A DNA stretch of 64,000 bases from a virus (Duplodnaviria > Caudoviricetes), in IMG/VR virus record IMGVR_UViG_3300025707_000484. The stretch is one strand, 5' to 3'. Position numbers and translations under genes: made by a program. Below are positions 56,301 through 64,000 of the stretch, in pieces (position 1 is the stretch's first letter; each line of letters opens with the position of its first letter). Under the pieces are notes generated by a model. It was not told the DNA's origin. It ran no database searches and saw nothing but the letters and a program-made list of their open reading frames with translations.

Positions 56301-58456
56301 CCATTTGGTGTAAGTGTAATGTTACCATCTGTATCTGTTGAACTAATAACGTTTCCGTCAATACGGATATTATCAGCATTCAACTGACCAGCTGTAAGAG
56401 CTGTGATACCACTTGTGATAGTTGCATCTAATGCGATGCTAATATCATTATCACTTACTGTTGTTGTAATGTTAGCACCACCAGATACGTTAAGTGTATC
56501 TGTGCCAACTGTTACTGTATCATCAGAACCCGCGTCTGCACCAATTGTTAGTGCAGATGCACCAACGCTTGAATCTACGTATGCTTTGATTGATTGTTGT
56601 GTGGCTAGTGAAGTTGCACTATCACCACTCATGGTATCCTGATCTAGGATAGCATTTACTGTTGCGCCAGAAGCTAGTGTTAGATCCTGACCTACTACTA
56701 CTGAACCGTCGGAAGCGATTTGAAATTTATCTGTACCGTCGGAAATTTCGACAGTCATTAAGTTGGCTGTCTGTGAACCTACACCTTTAACATTTAGTGT
56801 AATTTCGTCTGTTGTATCACCAGTGATTGATACACCGGCGGCTACTACCAACTGATCGTTGGCTGTTAGTGTTGTAAATGTACCAGCTGCTGGTGTTGAA
56901 CCACCAACAATACTTGCGTCCACTGAACCACCACTAATAGTTAAGTCGTTGTCGACTTTTGCGTCTACAATTGCTGTACCTGACCAAACACCTGAGGTAA
57001 TAGTACCTACAGTTGCTAGAGCAGATGCTGAAGTTACTGCATTCAATGTATCAAGACTTGTTTCCATATATACTTCAAGATCAGTCATTGCTACTTGAAC
57101 CATCGTGCCGTTGTCGTTGACAACGAAACGGTCAGCGTCTGCTAGTGTTGTGCTTGTTGCTGAAGTACCACCATCCATGATGTTAATTTCTGCGGCTGTT
57201 GCGGCTAGGCCTAAGTTGACCAATGCTCCAGCTGCTGTTGAACTACCTGTACCACCATCTGTAACAGGGATATCTGTACCAGTTGCATGATAAATTACAT
57301 TACCTTCAACTGCTAATACACCACCAGAAGATCGCGTAATTGTTGTATCAGTTGCGTGACCTAATTCAATACCTGTAAACTGAGGTGAATCTTCGGTACC
57401 AGCACCTAAGTTAGACAACGCGGCAGCTGCGGTTGAAGCACCTGTACCACCGTGTGCTACACCTACATCTGTACCCTGCCATACACCTGTACCAATTGTA
57501 CCCACTGTTGCTAGTGAAGATGCTGAAGTTACAGCATTCAATGTATCAAGACCTGCTTCAAAATAAGTCTCGAAGTCTGTCAATGCTACCTGCTTCATTG
57601 TACCACCATCGTTAACTACGACACGGTCTGCATCTGCTAGTGTTGTTGCTGTTGCGGATGTATCACCATCAATAGATGCTGTAATTTCAGCAGCTGTTGC
57701 TGTTACACCTAAAGTTACTAATTGCGCGGCGGCATTTGCATCGTCTAACAATGCTTTACCGGCAGCTGTTAAATCATAAACTGCGGCCGTGCCACTTCCT
57801 GTAAATTGAATACCCTTATCAGCTGCTGATGTTAAACCAGCAATAGCTGCCAACTCGGCATCATATGCTTGTACGTCTGTACCAATTACTACACCTAAGT
57901 TTGTTCGTGCGCCACCGGCGGTTGAACTACCAGTACCACCATGTGCTACCGCTACGTCTGTAGCTGCCCATGAACCAGTACCAATTGCACCAACTGAAAC
58001 TAATCCAGTTGCTGAAGTAATACTGTTTTGTGCGGCTGTAGTAATTGTTCCTTCAATATTACCAGCAATGATGTTTGCTTGACCGGCGACTGTTACGTTG
58101 CCTGCTGTACTACCAGTTTCGTTAGTTGTGACAAAGTTAAACTTATCTGCAGATTCATCCCAAATAAGACCAACGTTTGTATCATCACCACGTTCTACAA
58201 CAAAACCAGCGTCAACAGATGCTGAACCGCTTGCGCCTGAACTAAAAACTAAAAGTGGATCTTCAATAGACATGTTTGTAGTATCAACTGTTGTAGTTGT
58301 ACCATTTACTACTAGGTTACCAGAAACCGTCAAGTTACTACCATACGTCATATCATCTTCTAACTTACTGCCAGCAATATCGGCAGAAGCAGAGATCTTG
58401 GCGTTAGTAATAGCACTATCAGCGATCTGATCTGTTCCTAATCTAGTTAAAGCCAT
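53366..58456 (-). CDS. long tail fibre-like protein with internal repeats and C-terminal autocleaving chaperone-like (peptidase G2/IMC-type) domain
   Basis: 1696 aa, A/T/G/S-rich; 7 (H/D)GGTG motifs; C-terminal YADLAE..PGTVV..GVVSTNPA..GRVPVKV. Confidence 0.85.
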   Translation of the reverse strand: MALTRLGTDQIADSAITNAKISASADIAGSKLEDDMTYGSNLTVSGNLVVNGTTTTVDTTNMSIEDPLLVFSSGASGSASVDAGFVVERGDDTNVGLIWDESADKFNFVTTNETGSTAGNVTVAGQANIIAGNIEGTITTAAQNSITSATGLVSVGAIGTGSWAATDVAVAHGGTGSSTAGGARTNLGVVIGTDVQAYDAELAAIAGLTSAADKGIQFTGSGTAAVYDLTAAGKALLDDANAAAQLVTLGVTATAAEITASIDGDTSATATTLADADRVVVNDGGTMKQVALTDFETYFEAGLDTLNAVTSASSLATVGTIGTGVWQGTDVGVAHGGTGASTAAAALSNLGAGTEDSPQFTGIELGHATDTTITRSSGGVLAVEGNVIYHATGTDIPVTDGGTGSSTAAGALVNLGLAATAAEINIMDGGTSATSTTLADADRFVVNDNGTMVQVAMTDLEVYMETSLDTLNAVTSASALATVGTITSGVWSGTAIVDAKVDNDLTISGGSVDASIVGGSTPAAGTFTTLTANDQLVVAAGVSITGDTTDEITLNVKGVGSQTANLMTVEISDGTDKFQIASDGSVVVGQDLTLASGATVNAILDQDTMSGDSATSLATQQSIKAYVDSSVGASALTIGADAGSDDTVTVGTDTLNVSGGANITTTVSDNDISIALDATITSGITALTAGQLNADNIRIDGNVISSTDTDGNITLTPNGTGDVVISGDLTVNGTTTTVNSTVVTLDDPIMQLGGDSAPGSDDDKDRGVAFRWHNGSAAKNGWFGYDDSISKFTFVPDATITSEVISGTVGNAIFGNIEGTITTAAQNSITSATGIATLGTITTGAWQGTDVGVAHGGTGSSTASGARTNLGVAIGSDVQAYDAQLADVAGLAVTDGGMIVGDGSNFVLETGATLRTSLGVGTGDSPQLTAVNVGHASDTTLARSSAGVLAVEGNVIYHATGTDVPLTDGGTGSSTAGGARTNLGVVIGTDVQAYDAELAAIAGLTSAANKGIQFTGDGTAAVYDLTAAGKALLDDANAAAQLVTLGVTATAAEITAAVDGSTSATSTTLADADRVVVNDNGTMVQVALTDFETYFEAGLDTLNAVTSASALATVGTITGGTWAATDVAVAHGGTGSSTAGGARTNLGVVIGTDVQAYDAELAAIAGLTSAADKGIQFTGSGTAAVYDLTAAGKALLDDANAAAQLVTLGVTATAAEITASIDGDTSATATTLADADRVVVNDGGTMKQVALTDFETYFEAGLDTLNAVTSASSLATVGTIGTGVWEATDVAVAHGGTGASSLTANSLLTGNGTAAIQAEANITYDGTTFGVNDAATFNEGGADNDFRIESANQANMFVVDASVDAIGLLTATPNAGTVLDMSGSTESFLLPSGTTAQRPGTPAAGMFRYNSTTSKFEYYNGSGWKGATTEFTIVRSETATGDGSTTAFTGLNSSLTTAGCVVTINGVVQLPTTAYAISGTTITFTQAPANSDKIEIREFTTTTSVNALEDADGDTKIQVEESSDEDIIRFDTGGTERMTLTAAGHLVPTLDATYDLGTSSLKWRNMYGVSTSAQYADLAELYESDATYEPGTVVSFGGDAEVTMSTETMDSRIAGVVSTNPAYLMNSDLENGVAIALTGRVPVKVMGTIRKGDMLVAAGEGYAKAEANPRMGSVIGKALEDFNGTNGIIEVVVGRL

Positions 58457-58630
58457 TTATTTTTCTCCATTCCTTAAAAAGGTCCGCTAAGACCTTGTAA
58501 AATACCGTATATACATATAGTGGAATGACACCTTCTATACTCTGAAGGCCCCTTTACTTCTATTCTAATAGTAGATAATAAAGATCATACAAAATATATG
58601 CTCGAGCATATACAGCAGTATTGTATTTAT
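58457..58630 (-). promoter_or_regulatory. late promoter plus structured 5' leader of the fibre gene
   Basis: ATAAATA at 58624-58630; several hairpins; CATTCC/GGAATG pairing reaches the SD. Confidence 0.55.
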
Positions 58631-58693
58631 TGTGTAGGTTAAGAAATTGTAGCAGTAGTTTTTTCTTAATGGAAGGTATGTAGAATATAGATT

Positions 58694-59974
58694 TTAGTGG
58701 AAATCTATCCAAGAACTACCCGCTCGTCCTTGGAACTTACTAGTGGTGGAATTGTAAATAACCATACCATCTGCTACACCTGATAATGCATTGCGTTGTG
58801 TGGTTGTATATGTAGGGAATTGTACAGGTACTTTTGTTTCAATTTTTGTGCTATCTATAACAACTCGTTCAGTACCTCCTGTATCCATTCGTATTTTATC
58901 TTCGTCACCTGATTCTTCAACTTGTACTACAGTATCACCATCTGTATCTGAAAGTTGAAGTGAAGAAACTGATGATAATGTATTAACTTTTCTTACTTCA
59001 ATTACATCACCATTTGCTGGTACTTCAGTAAATGTTAAGGTAGTGCCACTTACAGCATAAGCAGTTGTTGGTCGTTGAATGGCACCTTCAATACTGACAA
59101 TGACATTTGCTGTTGTTTGTGTAGTTGCTAAAGTAAATGCTGTTAAAACTCCATTACCAGTAAATGTTTCACTTGTCATAGTAGAACTTGAAGATGCTTG
59201 TAATAAAGTCCAAGCAGATCCATTATAATATTCTAATTTAGTTTCAGTTGAGTTATAACGAAAATCACCAGCAGTTGGACTACCAGGACGTTGGGCTGTT
59301 GTGCCTATTGGAGGACGCATTGAGTTAGTTGCTGATATAACTAACGTACCTGTTCCATTTGGATCAACAATTAAGTTCTCATTTGAACCACTTGTTGACA
59401 CAGTGTTAGTAACAAATGTAAAATTGCCTAAATCACCACCAACACCAAACTCGCCAGTGTATCTTGCACCGCTTATATAACAACTTTTACCAGTAAAACT
59501 AATACCATTAGGTAAGTTTGTACCAACAAAATGTAATACACCACTTTGGTAATCAAAAAACCATTCATCGTTGTTGCCGGAACCAGTAGCAAACACTTGG
59601 TCACCACCTGATGCGGCTGAGCCCGGATTACCAGTAGTATGAATATAAACTTTAACTTGGTAGGTTGAACCAAACTCAGGACTAATCCAATCTGTTAGTC
59701 CAGTTTTCCAAGTTCTATTTGCGGCTGAAGTACCGTCAACAGTACATTCATCTGGAGCAGTTGTTAGATATACTGTTACCGGAGATGCATTACTACCAGG
59801 CATAACTGCTGGAATACTTCCAGCATCTTTCATTACTTTGTCACCACGTAATGGCAACGGACTTGCTATGGCTTCATTGGGTGCTTTTTTAGCAGTATTT
59901 GTATCTGTTTTAGTAGCAGAGTAACCAATCTTTTTCCAAAGGTAATCAACTTTCTGGCTATCGGAAATGGGCAT
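58694..59974 (-). CDS. virion structural (tail/baseplate) protein
   Basis: 426 aa; shares GTTAQRP..RYNST and DGDT..VEES.DED modules with the fibre. Confidence 0.8.
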   Translation of the reverse strand: MPISDSQKVDYLWKKIGYSATKTDTNTAKKAPNEAIASPLPLRGDKVMKDAGSIPAVMPGSNASPVTVYLTTAPDECTVDGTSAANRTWKTGLTDWISPEFGSTYQVKVYIHTTGNPGSAASGGDQVFATGSGNNDEWFFDYQSGVLHFVGTNLPNGISFTGKSCYISGARYTGEFGVGGDLGNFTFVTNTVSTSGSNENLIVDPNGTGTLVISATNSMRPPIGTTAQRPGSPTAGDFRYNSTETKLEYYNGSAWTLLQASSSSTMTSETFTGNGVLTAFTLATTQTTANVIVSIEGAIQRPTTAYAVSGTTLTFTEVPANGDVIEVRKVNTLSSVSSLQLSDTDGDTVVQVEESGDEDKIRMDTGGTERVVIDSTKIETKVPVQFPTYTTTQRNALSGVADGMVIYNSTTSKFQGRAGSSWIDFH

Positions 59975-62900
59975 TAGCTCGCTTCTCCTACGCTAATAGC
60001 CGTTACACTTTGGCCTGTTGTTAATTTTATTCTTACTAACACAACATTTGCTGTAGCATTAGACATATTTTCTGAGCCTAATGTCATTGTGTAACCACCA
60101 CTTAATGCTGTGCTTGCGGCAATTCTATCACCTGAAGTAAATGCACAACCATCTGAACCATTACCACCGTTACCTGTATCACTTCCAGGAACACCACTAC
60201 CACCATATGTTGTACTTGCATCAATCCAGCCATTTAATCCACTGGCATCATCAATATCAGTACCTGGAGCGGCTATCCAAAGTCCAGCAATACCTGCTGA
60301 AGTAATATTAAGATCAAAGTTACTAACAACTTGTCTACGAAAAGCAAAAGTATAATATTGTGCTCCTGTATCACCACTACGATCTGGGCCAACTGGCAAG
60401 TAACCTGAACTATAATTTGTTACATCATATTTCATTACGCCAAGTCTAATAGTTGCTTCTTTAGTTCCACTCACACCTGGGTCAGCACTCTCACTATATA
60501 AACTGCTAGTATAATAATTTGTTGCACTAACAACTGCAGGATTATCTGTAGTGGCCGCACTAAAATTAAATACTCGTTTTCCGTCATCTGTATGTGTGCC
60601 ATTGCCCAACGCATCTGCTACAACAATAGTCTGCTCAACAATACCACTTTGTGATGATCTATGTACTTGAATATTTGTAGTGCCAATATTTGAATATGAT
60701 GTTGTGCCGTTAGTATTACTACAACGCACTTTTGCTCGGTCAACAGTTCGCACACTACTTGTCGTAATTGGTATGGATAATGTGCCTAAAGTATATGCTG
60801 ACGCAACACCAGTATCAGCAACGGGAATACCACTGCTTAACATTGTCGAGGCACCATCAATGTTCGCATATGTGTAATTTTGATTACTAAATGCGTTACT
60901 TGACGTACTTTCTTGATTTGTTCCACTATCAACTTCAACTACTGAAGAAGTATCTTTATATGCTTGGCCAGTTAAATTACTAATTTGGACACCTGCCAAG
61001 TTAAGTGTTGGACTGCCTGTGTTATAATATGGAACACCCGAAATATATCGTTTTGTACCAGCAGTTCCTTCTGACAATGTGCCTACGTTGGCAACTGTTG
61101 GACTTGCTGTAATATCGTCATAAACAACTGATACATAATTTGTGTTACCCGTAGCACTATGTTCTAATCTTTCATCATTAACACCTACTGTATAACTACC
61201 CAATGCTTGTGTAATTTTAGCATCAAATGTTTGATAAAAACCTGTTGGGTATGTTGATGAACTAATAGTATCGTTGGCGTCTCGTTGGTCAGATACTACA
61301 AGTGAAGTAAACGTTCCATTTTCATTTAATGTTGAACTAAATGTTTTATTACCTCTATCTACACCATTAACTTTGGCTGTGAGTGTGCCTGCTCCGCCAT
61401 TATAAGCATTAGTAACATTATTTGTATCAATTGTACCACTTGTATAACGTCTTGCTGTAGTTGTTGTTAAACTTGCACCAGCACTTAAAGGATTACTTGT
61501 ACTATTATCAGCAAAACCAGAACACAATTTTGGACTTGAGCCTTGATATGAATCTGACAATGTAAGTGACTCTGCACTCAAGTTACCTGGAGCGGCTGGA
61601 GTTGCGTTTATAGTAAATGTTTGGTCAGCATCTGTATCAGTTTGTGCTGTTAAATCTGGAGTGCCTGATGCTAACACACTTACAATATAGTTGCCGGCAG
61701 ATTCGCCAGCATAGCTGTGATCTAATGTAGCACCAATACTACCCGCGGCTGAACCATCTTCTGTAACATTATTAGTGTCACCATCATTCCAAGTATATAC
61801 ATAACTGTCAGCATTTTGTGATGTATTAGTTGCTCTTACTAGTGCTCTATTATTTCCATTATAGTCAGTCAAATCGTACAAATCATATTGATTATCACCT
61901 GAGCGGTCACTTATTGTTACCGCAGTTGCCGCAATGTTGCAACGCACATCGGGCTCTACGTGTACAGTAAAGTTAGCACTTATAAACGGACTACTTGAAT
62001 GACTACTTGTTACTCGTAAGTTACCAGTATAATCTACATCATTACCAGCCGCTTGGTTAGCTCCACTTAATGCAAATGTGTGTGCTAAAGTATTACCTGT
62101 ATCACCTGAACCTCCAACACCTACGTTTACTGTGGTATTTGCTGTGCCATCACCCCAAGTATAAACATATTGTTGTCCGTAAGTAGCAAAATTACCAATA
62201 GTTGCTTCTGTGTTATTAGTAAATGTTATTGGCAATCCACTTGTGCCTTCTTGGTTTATACCTGTTGTAGCACTTAATCCTACTGTTGGCGTATGTGTAT
62301 CATAAATCTTATGAGCAGTACTACTATCAGTAGGTATTTGTGATGGGTCCGCAGTATTATGTGCATCTAATGTTAGTTCAACCGTTCTAGTTCGTTCTTG
62401 TTCCGTGCTTGCTGTAAATGTATGAGCAAGTCTAGCACCAACACTACCACCTGCGGCACTATCACTTGAAATAACATTGTCACTTTCACTATCGCCCCAA
62501 TCCCAAGTATATTGTATGGTTGCTCCACCAATATTTGTTGTGTTATTATCAAAATAAACAGTTGCACCGTCATCCCAATATGTAATTGGACTGCCACCTG
62601 TGGAAGCGGCATATGCGGCAAAACTTACAACTGGGTTGGCTGTATAAATTATAATGTAGCTTGTTCTTGTAGAACTTGCTTCACTACCAGATCCTGCTCC
62701 ACCATTATTATAAGCACGAACTGTTACAGTAAATGGTGAGCCTACGTTTGTAGCATAGGTATGTGTTGGCGTAGAATCTGATGTGTTATTTGTACTATTG
62801 CCATCACCCCAAGTAATATCATATCTATTAGGATTACCAACAGTAGTAATAGTTAAAGTTACTACTAAACCAGCACCACCAGAAGTAACGTTTGCAACAA

Positions 62901-63417
62901 ATGACGTTGATTTAACAAATGTATCATTACGAATATTTTCTGTAACTTCGTTTAAATCATCAATAGCATCTGTAACTTTTGTAGTTGTAAGCCAATTTAA
63001 ATAAGCACCATCAACTGTTAAACTACTGTCAGTTGGAGTACCTAAATCAAGATCCATACCATCAGTTGTACCAACTACTGAATCTACATATGTTTTATTT
63101 GCGGCATCTGTTCCTGCTGTTGGAGTGGCCACACTAGTAATCTTTTTACTTGAAACATCAATAGTGCCTGTACCATTAGCATTTAATATCAAGTTACCAT
63201 TAGTGTTTGTTGTTGTAATAGTATTTGTGTCTATTTCAACATTACCAATCTCAGCATCGCCTGCAACTTCCAAAGAAAATCCTGGAGATGCTGTACCAAC
63301 ACCGATACGTGAATTAGTAACATCTAAATATAATAAATTAGTCTCAAATGCTAGGTTGGAACCTTGACGCTCAAGGTTTGCTTGTAACATCGGGCCTGAA
63401 ACGCGACCTATAGCCAT
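59974..63417 (-). CDS. large virion protein with PKD-like repeats
   Basis: Repeated YxWxWGDG..HT(Y/F) motifs; S/T-rich; CTAAATA plus SD GGAG. Confidence 0.82.
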   Translation of the reverse strand: MAIGRVSGPMLQANLERQGSNLAFETNLLYLDVTNSRIGVGTASPGFSLEVAGDAEIGNVEIDTNTITTTNTNGNLILNANGTGTIDVSSKKITSVATPTAGTDAANKTYVDSVVGTTDGMDLDLGTPTDSSLTVDGAYLNWLTTTKVTDAIDDLNEVTENIRNDTFVKSTSFVANVTSGGAGLVVTLTITTVGNPNRYDITWGDGNSTNNTSDSTPTHTYATNVGSPFTVTVRAYNNGGAGSGSEASSTRTSYIIIYTANPVVSFAAYAASTGGSPITYWDDGATVYFDNNTTNIGGATIQYTWDWGDSESDNVISSDSAAGGSVGARLAHTFTASTEQERTRTVELTLDAHNTADPSQIPTDSSTAHKIYDTHTPTVGLSATTGINQEGTSGLPITFTNNTEATIGNFATYGQQYVYTWGDGTANTTVNVGVGGSGDTGNTLAHTFALSGANQAAGNDVDYTGNLRVTSSHSSSPFISANFTVHVEPDVRCNIAATAVTISDRSGDNQYDLYDLTDYNGNNRALVRATNTSQNADSYVYTWNDGDTNNVTEDGSAAGSIGATLDHSYAGESAGNYIVSVLASGTPDLTAQTDTDADQTFTINATPAAPGNLSAESLTLSDSYQGSSPKLCSGFADNSTSNPLSAGASLTTTTARRYTSGTIDTNNVTNAYNGGAGTLTAKVNGVDRGNKTFSSTLNENGTFTSLVVSDQRDANDTISSSTYPTGFYQTFDAKITQALGSYTVGVNDERLEHSATGNTNYVSVVYDDITASPTVANVGTLSEGTAGTKRYISGVPYYNTGSPTLNLAGVQISNLTGQAYKDTSSVVEVDSGTNQESTSSNAFSNQNYTYANIDGASTMLSSGIPVADTGVASAYTLGTLSIPITTSSVRTVDRAKVRCSNTNGTTSYSNIGTTNIQVHRSSQSGIVEQTIVVADALGNGTHTDDGKRVFNFSAATTDNPAVVSATNYYTSSLYSESADPGVSGTKEATIRLGVMKYDVTNYSSGYLPVGPDRSGDTGAQYYTFAFRRQVVSNFDLNITSAGIAGLWIAAPGTDIDDASGLNGWIDASTTYGGSGVPGSDTGNGGNGSDGCAFTSGDRIAASTALSGGYTMTLGSENMSNATANVVLVRIKLTTGQSVTAISVGEAS

Positions 63418-63467
63418 ACTATTCTCCGATTGTATAACACTTTATACTATTTAGTTTGGTAAAAGTA

Positions 63468-63899
63468 TTAAACGGTATCAAATCCACTCAATGCTACTAT
63501 TTTATGAGTGTTCGGAGGAGCGGAAGTAAATGTGACAGTAGTTCCTGATATAGTATATGCTACATCTGCTTCTTGAAAAACGTTATTAATAAAAATTAAA
63601 ACATTATTCTCATCAGCAACACTAGCACTTAACATATTAAATGCCGTTAATACATTATTGCCAGTTGCTGTGTCTTTAGTAATAGTTGAGGTACCTGTTG
63701 ATCTTATTGTTCCCCAAGAACCATTAATATATGCTTCTATAGCATTTAAAGTAGAATTATATCTTATTGCACCATTAATTAAAATAGGAGCTACCGGCCG
63801 TTGAGCAGTTGTGCCTGTAGGCACAGCCATGCCTTTAGTGTCGGCTAATCTAAAAATAGAATGTGGAAAGTATTCTGGTCTAGTGCTATCAAAAGGCAT
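63468..63899 (-). CDS. small virion/baseplate protein
   Basis: GTTAQRP..RYNS module plus YTISGTTVTFTSAP module. Confidence 0.78.
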   Translation of the reverse strand: MPFDSTRPEYFPHSIFRLADTKGMAVPTGTTAQRPVAPILINGAIRYNSTLNAIEAYINGSWGTIRSTGTSTITKDTATGNNVLTAFNMLSASVADENNVLIFINNVFQEADVAYTISGTTVTFTSAPPNTHKIVALSGFDTV

Positions 63900-63900
63900 A

Positions 63901-63999
63901 TTATAAGCTCATGTAATTAACAAATACGTTTACTGGAACTGTAGCAGGAGAACCTGACCAGGTTCCAGATGAATTAGATGTGGCGTCTAAATCAATATA
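63901..63999 (-). CDS. 3' end of a gene truncated by the window edge
   Basis: Open frame ...YIDLDATSNSSGTWSGSPATVPVNVFVNYMSL-stop, ending 1 nt before the next ATG. Confidence 0.6.
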   Translation of the reverse strand, partial: YIDLDATSNSSGTWSGSPATVPVNVFVNYMSL

Positions 64000-64000
64000 A

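Noticed and set aside
53366-58456. Diversity-generating retroelement (TR/VR pair) in the fibre repeats
   Set aside because: Differences between copies are mostly synonymous and not adenine-specific; no reverse transcriptase in the window
53151-63367. Many plus-strand ORFs of 60-140 aa opposite the structural genes (likewise opposite the sheath and other core genes)
   Set aside because: Antisense shadows produced by the codon bias of the real genes; no promoters, RBS or recognisable motifs
1-64000. Stop-codon reassignment, as found in some large phages
   Set aside because: Core genes are full length under code 11, and TAA, TAG and TGA all terminate tightly packed genes

Overview
This window is a 64-kb segment of a large, AT-rich lytic myovirus genome, distantly T4-like and using the standard genetic code. 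Most genes are on the minus strand. The replication/recombination core comprises a gp41-like helicase, primase, UvsW, UvsX, UvsY, gp32 SSB, a gp62-like clamp-loader subunit, dNMP kinase and an unusually small DnaE-like protein. The packaging and virion core comprises the terminase, gp4, neck gp13/gp14, gp15, tail tube, an oversized tail sheath and long repeat-rich fibre/baseplate proteins. Interleaved with these is a set of very AT-rich tailoring enzymes: 5 radical SAM proteins (one cobalamin-dependent), 3 SGNH-like proteins, 2 Maf/CstII-like transferases, FkbM and class I methyltransferases, and 2 weak sulfotransferase-like proteins. Several of these sit behind late-type promoters, which suggests (inference) a phage-encoded virion or surface glycan-modification system. 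Non-coding signals seen directly in the sequence are: late TAAATA boxes and sigma70 promoters spaced to give leaderless mRNAs; AGGC-repeat 5' leaders shared by two genes; a 3'-UTR hairpin whose loop is complementary to the RBS of its own gene; an IHF-consensus site and paired dyad repeats upstream of a GC-richer early module; and a multi-hairpin leader on the fibre gene. Many hypothetical proteins share an N-terminus resembling the T4 capsid-targeting sequence. No tRNA, rRNA, CRISPR array, integrase or reverse transcriptase was seen. All family assignments come from motif recognition by eye, not from database searches.
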